Source of the DNA: Macrostomum hystrix
Taxonomy: Eukaryota; Animalia; Platyhelminthes
Length of the DNA stretch: 64,000 nt
Assembly: GCA_950097015.1 (NCBI GenBank)
Contig: CATNEN010000007.1
Location: 7,688,001-7,752,000, forward strand
Direction of reading: 5' to 3'
Position numbers and translations under genes: made by a program. Every line of letters starts with the position of its first letter. Position 1 is the stretch's first letter. The notes under the pieces are model-generated. The model was not told where the DNA came from. It ran no database searches and saw only the letters and a program-made list of their open reading frames with translations. Of the stretch, positions 35,201-47,200 are shown piece by piece.

Positions 35201-38200
35201 CCGAGTGCATGGTTGGGGATCTGGGGTGAGAGGGGAGATTGTCAACAACATCCCTGCCCCACACCAGCCCCAGCTGGCTGTGTTGCCACTGCAGCTGCGG
35301 GTGTCAACACGGCGAAGCCTGTGTACGAGGCGCGGACGGCAGGCAAAAACGGGATGGGTTTGGGAAGAATAGAGAAATATATATGTTGGCAAATAGATGG
35401 GCAGCAGACAATGGGGAAATTGTTGGGGAGGAAAAGCTCCTGTCCTGGGGGACAGGTTTAAGAGTAGGAGGGAGCCGGGCAGAGGAATACTGGAGGGGAA
35501 GGATCGGCGTGTAAGGCTGGAGGGTATGAATCAGAGGGGAAAATCGGAGGGGAGAATCGGAGGGGAGAATCGGAGGAGGGAGAATCAGAGGGAAAATCGG
35601 AGGGGAGAATCGGATGGGAGAATCGGAAGGAGAATCGGAAGGGGAGAATCTGAGGGGGAGAATCTGAGGGGATGAATCGGAGGGGAAGAATCTGAGGGGG
35701 GGAGAATCGGAGGGGGGAGAATCAGAGGGGAGAGAATCTGCGAGGAAGAGTGGAAGAGGGGAAATTGTGGAGAGACAGGAATGATAAACTGATTGTTGAT
35801 TGGGTGGAGAATTAAGTGTTAAAGGGGTCAACATTTATGAGGCGGAGAATGGGAGGGAGCAGACATTTTTAATATCGTAACGTAAGTTAAAAACGAGTGA
35901 GTTTAATAACGTAACAGTTGTATGCTTTTTAAAAGTTTGCAATGTAATTTTCGGTATTTTTTATCGTATTACCCTTTCCTGCCCGCCTTTCCATTCTCGC
36001 CAAGAATGACCAACCAAAAAAAGTTAACGTGAGAGTGACAAAGGTAGTGAGAGTGACAAAGGTAGTGAGAGTGACAAAGGTAGTGAGAATGCATAGTGAG
36101 CAAAGTAGTAATGGGTGAGCTGGTATGAAACAATGGGACCATTTTGAGGCGGGTCAGCTGATCAGAGAAGTGACGGAGCAGGAAAGCCGACCCACTTAGC
36201 GCCAGCTTTCACCGAGCTGGCCCGTTCGATTCAACAATGATCCTCTCAGCTCGTATGTTGCCCCATTTTCCTCCTCGGTTTGAACAGTCCGGAGCATAGT
36301 GTTCAATCGATGGCAGCCAAACGATTTTGCGGGAGACACTTCGCGGACCCTGTCCTCACCTGCTCTTTGAGCATCTTATTCCCATCTTCTATCTCCAAGA
36401 CGCATTAGCGTGAGCACTCTTTTTCACTGAGAGATGAGCCCTGGGGATCAATTAGCAGCCTTTGCTCTGCAACTGGACCGGCAAGGAGGGAATTAACAGC
36501 CGCTTTTTCTTTTACCGCTTGGAAGAGAGACCATTTTGGAAAACAATGTGCCGTGCAAAATTAAAGATCGAAGTGTAAAATTTCACTTTTTAAGCTTTTG
36601 AAGTGCTTGATTGCACCAGAGGGACTGAAGCCTAGCGGTTAGAGCGTCGGAATCACGACTTGAAGTTCGGTGGTTCGATTCCAGACTCAATGTATGTTAT
36701 TTAGCAAGAAATTTGACTCTGCATTGCTTCACTTCATCCAGCTGTAAATATTTTTGGGAATTGTGCCAATCGCTCAGTCCATGGACTGAGTTTAAATTTA
36801 AATTTATTTAAATATCCCCTTAACACGATTATTTTAGGTAAACCTAGAAAGTGACCAGCGTCCGATTCACTTATTTACTCGTCTGCTCCCAGCCTTGCAA
36901 AATGATCCGGAGCACGATAGATAGGCCATATTGGTGAGCTCATCCATTCCTGCTGCCCCCGCCTCCACAGCCTTCTTCAGCTGCCTCGCTGACCCGGTCT
37001 CAAATAGTCCCCGCCCCCTCGCTGCTCAGAGGGTTCTCAAAGGCCCTGGTCGTTCTCTCCGGGCTGACAAGTCACGCAGCCTCACAGACGGGGATTAGCG
37101 AGAGAGCCAGATAAAGCAATTGAGCTCATTCAGGTAAAAAACAGTGCGACAGGATGAGGAAGGAGAGAACGGCGAGAGCGAAAGTGACGGTTGGCTGGGG
37201 GTGGGAAAATTTGCAATCGATCTATTCGATTTCAGATTTCAAAAACTTTGCTCAGAAAGTAGCCCGGTACCCTACTCAAGCGAGCAATGCAAGCTGATAA
37301 GATACGCTTTTCCAGTGTCTGTGGCTTATTAATAGGCCTATTTTTATTATGCGAAGTTAATCTATTGCCTTTTTCTTCACCGCTAGAAGTACAAATGAAG
37401 TTCACTTTGTAAAAATCGCTCGATGCATCATCCAGGCGTGGCGGCTGTCTGCTCGGCCATCTACTGAACTCTCGTTTCGTTCATTTTCTTTTCTCGTCTC
37501 GCTCTGCCGGCTGTCCATCACTTACTCGTGTCCGCGGTCCTCAGTTCGATTCCCACGGGGGAATTCGATCAATGCTCAACTTGAAATGGGAATTGAGTAA
37601 CTCGGGATGGGGCGTAAAACTAAAAAAGCTGCTTTTACGAGGGTCGAGGCTCGTAAGTTCTTTTTGCAGTTCTCTGCGATTTGAAAGTCCCAAAATTGAC
37701 CATATGTTTTACCCTTCCATTTATATTTATGTTGCAGTCACACTACTGCCCACCGATTACCAGTAGATGTTAGAGCAAAATTGCACCTAAATTGAATTCG
37801 ATCGCTCACGCCACCGCAGGAAGACAAGTTGGCCAACGTGCTGATCGATCGGGGCGGACCAATCGACGGCCGAGTTGTTTCTATATGCTCCGGCGCCGAC
37901 CTTGTCAATGTTGTCTACACACACATGATTGCGCAGGACAGCAAGACTGCCAATGTGAGCAAGCCCCTGTCCTCCGAGTGTTTGTGAGTCCACCAGCCTT
38001 TGTCCTCCGAGTGTTTGTGAGTCCACCAGCCCCTGTCCACCGAGTGTTTGTGAGGCCACCAGCCCCTGTCTTCCGAGTGTTTGTGAGTCCACCAGCCTTT
38101 GTCCTCCGAGTGTTTGTGAGTCCACCAGCCCCTGTCCACCGAGTGTTTGTGAGGCCACCAGCCCCTGTCCTCCGAGTGTTTGTGAGGCCACCAGCCATTG

Positions 38201-41200
38201 TCCTCCGAGTGTTTGTGAGTCCACCAGCCCCTGTCCACCGAGTGTTTGTGAGGCCACCAGCCCCTGTCCTCCGAGTGTTTGTGAGTCCACCAGCCTTTGT
38301 CCTCCGAGTGTTTGTGAGTCCACCAGCCCCTGTCCTCCGAGTGTTTGTGAGGCCACCAGCCCCTGTCCTCCGAGTGTTTGTGAGGCCACCAGCCCCTGTC
38401 CTCCGAGTGTTTGTGAGGCCACCAGCCATTGTCCTCCGAGTGTTTGTGAGTCCACCAGCCCCTGTCCACCGAGTGTTTGTGAGGCCACCAGCCCCTGTCC
38501 TCCGAGTGTTTGTGAGTCCACCAGCCCCTGTCCTCCGAGTGTTTGTGAGGCCACCAGCCCCTGTCCTCCGAGTGTTTGTGAGTCCACCAGCCCCTGTCCT
38601 TTGAGTGTTTATGAGTCCAACAGCCCCTGTCCTCCGAGTGTTTGTGAGTCCACCAGCCAATAAAAAATATTCAGAACATTTTTTCGCGCTTTAGTTTACA
38701 GATGTCGTGCGACGTTGTTGTAAGTTTAAATTTAGTAATAAGTAACTCTAGCGAATTGATTTCAATTGAGCACTGGATGAATTGTGAGTAGCAGTAGTTT
38801 ATATAGTATTTATTTAAAAAAATTTTGAATCCTTAACAATAAATAGCATATTTCATGATAGATTTGCAATAAAACTGATTGGTCACTTAATTTTTGCCAA
38901 TAACTGAATACGAGACTCGCTTGATTAATTGTTTACACCTGCGGTAACTAAGCATAGACACGTGTAAGGCTTGTAGGATTTCGTAGATAAGAAATGCTCA
39001 TTAGATAAGCAAACAACAACAGCAACAACAAAACTGAACACACAACCACAGCGTTTGAAAACGCTCATCGACAGTCAAAACTCTCATAGACAGTCAAAAT
39101 GCTCATAGACAGTCAAAATGCTCATAGACAGTCAAAACGCTCATAGGCAGTCAAAACGCTCATAGACAGTCAAAATGCTCATAGACAGTCAAAACTCTCA
39201 TAGACAGTCAAAACGCTCATAGGCAGTCAAAGCGCTTATAGACAGTCAAAACGCTCATAGGCAGTCAAAAAGCTCATAGGCAGTCAAAGCGCTCATAGAC
39301 AGTCAAAACTCTCATAGACAGTCAAAATGCCCATAGACAGTCAAAGCGCTCATAGACAGTCAAAACGTTCATAGACAGTCAAAACGTTCATAGACAGTCA
39401 AAACGCTCATAGACAGTCAAAGCGCTCATAGGAGGCTTATCTACAAGCGCTCATCAGAATTGCCCTAGCCGCTGCCTCAGCTTGAACAAGCTCACAAGTC
39501 TCTTTTGCTTTGCCTGCGAATGAAACTGAACAACTCTCCTGAACTCGCCTCTAGGCCTGGATCCAGGACCTGCGACCGCTGACGCACAACACCAAGGCCA
39601 GCAACGTGTGCCCCATGACCCAGCTGCGAAAACAGTGAGCTCAATACTGCTTTTTTATTAGCTAGAAATTTTCTCTCAAAAAACTGCCTATCTTGCCCAA
39701 CTGGTCGTTTCCACCTGTGCTCCACTCTCCATAAAGTGCAAAATGTGTCTTCCAGCCCATTTGCACTGCCATCTCCAACAGGTCTATTTGCTTTTGTCTG
39801 GGACTTCACCAGCTCCTGCTGGGCCCTCGCCTATCCTCTGCCATCGACAATACAAACACACTCGCCCCAGCTGGTCGCTTCTGTGTCCTCGGCTACGGGG
39901 GCTGCGGCACGAGCGGCAAACACTGCAACCAGCTTGGGTCCGTGTTTGCCGTGTACTGCTGCAGGCCTGTTGTAAATCATTCATTTGTCATTAACCAACG
40001 GGGTCTAATCATTGAATTTGGGGACTTTTTAGTCATCTGACTTCGTGATTTATAGTGCTTCTCGTACAGTCTCAATGTCCCAGACTTCAATACAAAGACT
40101 GCTCACTAGCCTTACTCAATCGCAATCGCCGTCCCACAGCTGGATGAAGCTCTGTGTGGCGGTCAACGCCAACAACTGCATCCCGGTGCGCGCGATCAGC
40201 AAGACCTTCGCCTCCGGCAAGACTGAGAAGATCATCTTCCAGACACTGAAGGATTTGGGACTGCCCTCTGGCAAGGTTCGTCTCTACTGGTTAATAATAA
40301 AACACTTGGGCAGCCGACAGCACAGCCGTAGCTATTGCAGCACATCTGAAGGCTGCGTACGGCTGTTCAGTCCATGGACTGGGAAGACGCTACACCCACC
40401 CTCAGTTTTTTTCCGCAGCTGATGCTGGTACCCAGTTAACAGCTGGGTGAATTAAAGCAATACAGAGTTAAGTGTCTTGCTATAGGAATCGAACTCCCGA
40501 CCTTCAAGTCGTGGGTCTAACCACAAGACTACAAGCTCCCTTTGTGGTGGAAGGGAGAGGGGTGGAATAAATAGGAGCGAAATAAACAGAGTCATACTCA
40601 TTCAGCTACTTCTGACCCATCTAGACCCATAAGTTGATTTTCACCCCCCCAAAAATATTAACGCTTCCTAGAATGACGAAATCGTCCCGGCCGACTTCAC
40701 CTTCGACAAGTTCTACGAGCTATACCACCGAATCTGCCCGCGCCAGGACATCGAGGACCTATTCAACGAGCTCTGCGCCGGCGGCAGCGTTGTCTCTCAG
40801 GACAAGATGATGGAGTTTCTCAACGTCACCCAGAGAGATCCTAGGCTGAATGAAATTCTCTACCCATTCGCAAACAAGCTGACCATTGAGAACATACTCA
40901 AGTGCTACGAGCCCAGCAAAGAGAACCAGGAGGATCGTGAGTAGCTGGATTGTCCTATTAATGTCCTCAAACCGAGCAGATACAATATCCCGATCGACTT
41001 CTCTTCTGAGCTGAGCAGGGCGGGTCGGGTCTTTGAGCGGAATCATTGAGCAGGAGAGGACAAAGGCGAGGCACTTTGAGCATTCCCGGAGCTGTCTGTG
41101 TGAGCTTGCGATGAAGCGGGGAGGCGAATCTGGGTGGGGCCGGCGGTGGCCCAACATGTGCGGCTCTGGGCGTGTCCACGGATGTGTGCCCCGACTCGAG

Positions 41201-44200
41201 TCCTGTGATCAAACGTTGTTTTTGTGAGCAGTTTTTGAGAACAACTGAGATAGAAGTTGCTCAGCTACTGGACGCGGACTTTGGGGAATTTAGAATTAGT
41301 AAGGATAAGAATATAAGTGCACCGCAAGTTTCAAGCTAATCCCTACAGGTAGGCAAAGCTGGCAATGCTTATTCGGGTTTGGGGTTTTACTGCCATACAG
41401 GATAAGATTAATCATCAGTGTTCTCTACAGGATGTGGAGCATCCGGCTAAGGGATAAGTCTAATGTACTTGAGTAGCCGCGAGTAAGGTTGCGGGCCTTG
41501 CTTTACTCAATGTGAATAAAATGATTCGATTTATTGACCAGGCAAAATCAGCATCGACTGCTTCTATCGCTACCTGATGTCCGATGACAATGCACCGGTG
41601 TTCCTCGACAAGCTGGAGCTGCACCACGACATGGACCAGCCGCTGTCGCACTATTATATCAACAGTTCGCACAACACCTACCTGAGCGGCCGCCAGTTTG
41701 GTGGCAAGAGCTCCGTGGAGATGTACCGGCAGGTGCTGCTGGCCGGCTGCCGCTGCATCGAGTTGGATTGCTGGGATGGCAAGGACCCGGAGCAGGAGCC
41801 CATCATCACCCACGGCAAGGCCATGTGCACCGACATCTTGTTCAAGGCGAGTGGGACAGGGTGTCTGCTGAGTGGGGTAGGGTGTCTGCTGAGTGGGATA
41901 GGGTGTCTGCTGAGTGGGGTAGGGTGTCTGCTGAGTGGGACAGGGTGTCTGCTGAGTGGGGTAGGGTGTCTGCTGAGTGGGATAAGGTGTCTGCTGAGTG
42001 GGGTAGGGTGTCTGCTGAGTGGGGCAGGGTGTCTGCTGAGTGGGGCAGGGTGTCTGCTGAGTTGGATATGGTGTCTGTTGCTAAAGTGGGGCAGAGTCTA
42101 TTTTGTTTGGAGTTCCTACAAGTTGTATTAATATTTGCATAATATTAAATTGTATAATAATTCACCAGCATACATTTGTGCCTCATTCACCATTGTCTGC
42201 AGGATGTGATCTATGCCATTCGTGACACGGCCTTCGTGACCTCCGCCTGGCCTGTGATAATGTCTTTTGAAAATCATTGCAGGTGAGTTGGCTGTGCTGG
42301 CGAAGAGTACAGAGACAGGTTCTACGAGGTTTTCCATTTAAAATGTTTTAACTACATGTATAGGTAGATGCGGCTTTTTGCCATAGACTGTTGCAGCATG
42401 CCATTAAACGGATTGCATGACCTGACAATTCCGTTCGCCCCTCATTACACAGCAAGCTACAGCAATACAAATTAGCAAAGTACTGCGAAGACATTCTCGG
42501 TGACTACTTGCTCAGCAAACCGATCGATAAATATCCCGTAAGATGAACTTAAATTATTATTTTAATTTCTGAAATCCCAAGTGCTCAAACTGTATTCCGC
42601 CACATCCCTTCGTCACCAGCTCGAGCCTGGAGTTCCTCTGCCGCCGCCCGAGAAACTCAAGTACAAAATCCTTATCAAGAACAAGCGACTCAAACCCGAG
42701 GTTGAGAAGCGTGAGTAGAAATATGGGATTCTGAGTACCAATACGGTCGTAAAACATCAGTTTTTACTACTTAAATATCAGATTCGTGCTATTTGAACTC
42801 GTGTTGCAAAGTCTCGTGTGTCTTGGATTCTTGGAATTCCTGGATTTGAACTCGTGTTGCAAAGTCTTCATTCATTCTCTGCTTCTTGGAATTCCTAGAT
42901 TTGAACTTGTGTTGCAAAGTCTCGTGTGTCTTGGATTCTTGGAATTTCTAGATTTGAACTCGTGTTGCAAAGTCTCGTGTGTCTTGGATTCTTGGAATTT
43001 CTAGATTTGAACTCGTGTTGCAAAGTCTCGTGTGTCTTGGATTCTTGGAATTTCTAGATTTGAACTTGTGTTGCAAAGTCTCCATCCATTCTCTGCTTCT
43101 TGGGATTCCTAGATTTGACCGCACCCACCCCAACCGCCCTGCAGACCAGCTGGAGCTGTTCATGAAGGGCCAGACTGCGCCGGATGAAGCTGAAGTCGCC
43201 GAGGATCCACAGGTGGTGCTGGATGGCGAAGCCGGACCGCTGAACGACTTGGACCCCACGCTGCCGGTGGTGGACACTGACGCGCACCCCGAGGGCGGCG
43301 TCGGCGAGAAGCCGAAAGCGGCGGCTCCGGTGGTCGCTCCGGTTCCGAGGGCGCCATCGCAGGCCAACCTGCAGGCTGGCGCCGCCGCAGCCTCAGCGGC
43401 CAGTGGCGCTGAAGGCGACGAGGCTGCGAAATCAAAGGTTCGTCGCCTGAACTGATGACCGAGTTCATTGGTGTTTCATGACCGATTTCATTGTTGTTTC
43501 ATGACCGAATTCATTGGTGTTTCATGACCGAATTCATTGTTGTTTCATGACCGATTTCATTGGTGTTTCATGACTGATTTCATTGGTGTTTCATGACCGA
43601 TTTCATTGGTGTTTCATGACCGATTTCACTGGTGTTTCATGACCGATTTCATTGGTGTTTCATGACTGATTTCATTGGTGTTTCATGACCGATTTCATTG
43701 GTGTTTCATGACCGATTTCATTGGTGTTTCATGACTGATTTCATTGGTGTTTCATGACCGATTTCATTGGTGTTTCATGACCGATTTCATTGGTGTTTCA
43801 TGACCGATTTCATTGGTGTTTCATGACCGAATTCATTGGTGTTTCATTACTTTATTTCTTATTTCTTACTTTATTTCCAGGAGCTGCTGAGCGCGGAGGA
43901 GGAGCAGGCGATGCTGGAGCACTACCACTACACCGGCGCCACCACCACAATCCACCCAGTGCTGTCTGCCATGGTCAATTATGCCCAGCCAGTCAAGTTC
44001 CAGGGCTTTGCGGTCGCTGATGGTCAGTGAAAGCCGTCATGGCCAAGATTAGCTGTCCAAGAGGAACTTCAACAATCTCACTATCATGTTTTCTTACTTT
44101 GCAGAGGACAACATGCACCATCACATGTCCTCCTTCTCTGAGACAGTGGCTCTTGGCTACCTGCGCAATGAGGCCATCGAGTTTGTCAAGTACGCAAAAA

Positions 44201-47200
44201 TATCCTTGTTAGAAAGCAAGCTTCTTTCGGAAAAAAACTAAAAAGCTTGTTATAATCAATGTTACTATGGCAACGCCGCCCCCACTCCGCCCAGCTACAA
44301 CAAGCGCCAGATGAGCCGCATTTATCCGCGTGGCAACCGGGTCGACTCCAGCAATTTTATGCCGCAGATTTTTTGGAATGCCGGCTGCCAGATGGTGGCG
44401 CTGAACTTCCAGACGCCCGACCTGGCGATGCAGCTCAACCAGGGCAAGTTTGAGTACAACGGCAACTGCGGGTGAGTTGGTAGACAACACCAACAAAATA
44501 TTTTTGCGCATATTTATCGGTACCTAATTTGCTATTCACCTGATTTGCTCGTATTTTAGAGCTTTTTGATTCGGTGCAAAAAGAGGGGTGGGCGCAGGCT
44601 GGGTAGAGAATAGCCAGTCCGAGAAAGGGTGACCGTGCTTGCAGCCAATCAGCGCCGGAGTTGGAATGGGGGGAGCAGGGGTTGGGGTCCTCTGAAGACG
44701 GAGGAGGACACAGCCAATCAGCGGCCACCGTGGTTGAGGGCGCTCCCCAACATTTTAACATTTAAGGGCGAACAAGAATCATTAATCATCCGATTTCATT
44801 TGACAAAAAATTTACTTTCAGGCAGCAACAGGCGTGCCTTTAAATGCTTCCAGGTTATTGCCGGTATTAAGATATATTTAAGATGCGACTCAAACTAACT
44901 CAGTGCTCATTCAGCTCAAATGCCGAACAGGTAGAATACCGACAACTATAACTGACTACTAATAAGAATACAAGCTCGTATACAAGACGCCACTATTCCT
45001 TTCTGCGCTTTCTATACATTAAAAATTAACAATTCAATAATGCAAGAACTAAAACTGCAAAGATTTCTGTCAGGTTAAGAGCTAACATTTTCCTCTTTAT
45101 CACACAGTAGAAATGCAGACGAAAAATTAGATTATAGATGTAAATTTATTATTTATTTATTCCATAGCTATGTTCAAAAACATATTTGCAACCAACTAGA
45201 TTTCTGCTTCCATTATGATCAAATGCAATTTAACAATGCAATACTGTCCTAATCTTAATCCCTATTTCAATGGCAACTCAACTTACAAAAAATCGAATGG
45301 CTTCCTAAGCCTCCCACCGGGTCATTCATATCCTCACTGCCCATCTCCCATCTTCCCAGCTACCTGCTCAAGCCGGACTTCATGCGCCGCGGTGACCGCC
45401 ACTTCGACCCGTTCTCAGAGAGTCCTGTGGACGGCGTGATCGCAGCCAGCTGCTCCATCCAGATCCTGTCTGGCCAGTTCCTGTCCGACCGCAAAATCGG
45501 CACCTACGTTGAGGTTGACATGTACGGCCTGCCAACCGACACAATCAGGCGGGAGTTCCGCACCCGCATTGTGCCCGGCAACGGCCTCAACCCCGTCTAC
45601 AACGAGGAGCCGTTCGTGTTCCGCAAGATTGTCCTGCCGGATCTGGCCGTCATCCGCATCGGCGTCTACGAAGAGACTGGAAAGCTGATCGGCCAGCGGA
45701 TCCTGCCGCTGGACGGCCTGTGCGCCGGCTACCGGCACATCAGCCTGCGCACCGAGGGCAATTTCCCGCTGGCCCTGCCGACTATCTTCTGCCGCATCGA
45801 TTTGAAGACCTACGTGCCAGAGGGACTGGCCGACTTTGTTGACGCCCTGAGCGATCCGCGGGCCTTCCTGTCCAAGGCGGAGAAGCGAGAGCAGCAGATG
45901 AAGGCTATCGGCATTGGTGAGGACCCGTTTAGCCTGACTATTTATCACTTCATATTCCTTTGTGCCTACTATGAGTAGAGTAGTGAAAACACACATTTTT
46001 CTGTGCTTCAGAGACCTCCGAAATTGCGGACGTGCCAACTACGACTGGTCGGGGCAAAGCCAACAATAACAACAATAATAACAACAACAATAACAAGAAG
46101 GCCGGCGGCGCTGCTACCACGTCCTCCGCCGATGATAAGCCCGGCCAGTCAAAGGCTGGCGGCGGTGGCGGCGGCGGCGGAGGTGGCGGCGGAACTTCTG
46201 GAGCCGGCGGCGGTGGCGGTGGCGCTAGTGGGGAAGGCAGGCAGGAGCTGCGGCTGGAGCCAGTAACACTTGAGCTCATCAGGCAGGACAGGCTGTTTCA
46301 AAAGCTGTTAAAGAAACAGGTGGGTCCTTAGCCGAGTCAGTTTGATTGCAGTTAGTTCGGACTATAATTATATATTATTAATTGATTAAAAGTATCGAAA
46401 ATTTTAAGGCTTTGTTAGAAAATTTTGTATTGATTTGCTAACGTCATTATATGTAATTAGTGACAGCGAATCTAAAAATAGACTCTACGTCATATGATTA
46501 TTTAGCCAACGTTTTATAAATAGATGCATTCTAAAATTAGAAAATGACGTCACTTGATCCTTCCCTAAATTCCTCACCCTCGCTTTACTTGCGCAGGCCA
46601 AAGACCTGGAGCAGGTGCTGAAGCGACAGGACAAGGAGCAGCAGGCCATGCTGAAGGCGCACACTGGCGACTGCGAGCGGCTGGCCGCCCAGCAGGGCAA
46701 AGCGCTGGCCGCGCTAGCGAAGAAGTCCGGCAAGAGCGGTGGATCGTGAGTGACCAATTCTTCCTGTGTCCTGTGACAGTTCAACTGCCCCATTTCTGTT
46801 GTCGTTACTGTTGTTTTCATTGACTATTGTGTGTATTTCTTACGGAATTAAATAAATAAAATTGAATACGTGTGAATCTATCATTCCCATAATCTCGCAT
46901 CATATATATGTTGTCCTTCTGAGCTGCATTAAGCTTCGAGCGTAGGCCTTTAAAAGTGTGCTCGGTTGCTAACCATTCAGAAGACTGCAGTCTCGGTCTC
47001 TGTTGCACAATATTGTATTTTAAACATTTTGCACTTGCTTGTAGTTGTTCTACCACCTCTCTCCTAAATGGCAGTGGCGGCGGAGTCAGCAGCAGCAGCA
47101 GCAGCAGACTGGCCAGTCTCTGCTGCGCACCGCTGCCAGCCCGGCAGAGCCCGTCAGTAGCCAGCAGGTCTCTCTTGACCCTGTTGCGAAAGTTTCACAA

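Noticed and set aside
36620-36692. tRNA gene (also at 8830-8899, 17066-17105, 17420-17482, 40485-40540)
   Set aside because: A and B boxes are present but no complete cloverleaf. Most continue into a shared SINE body.
37787-38660. 11-aa repeat ORFs on both strands
   Set aside because: These come from the 33-bp intronic array. The PLC reading frame hits TGA just past the first unit.
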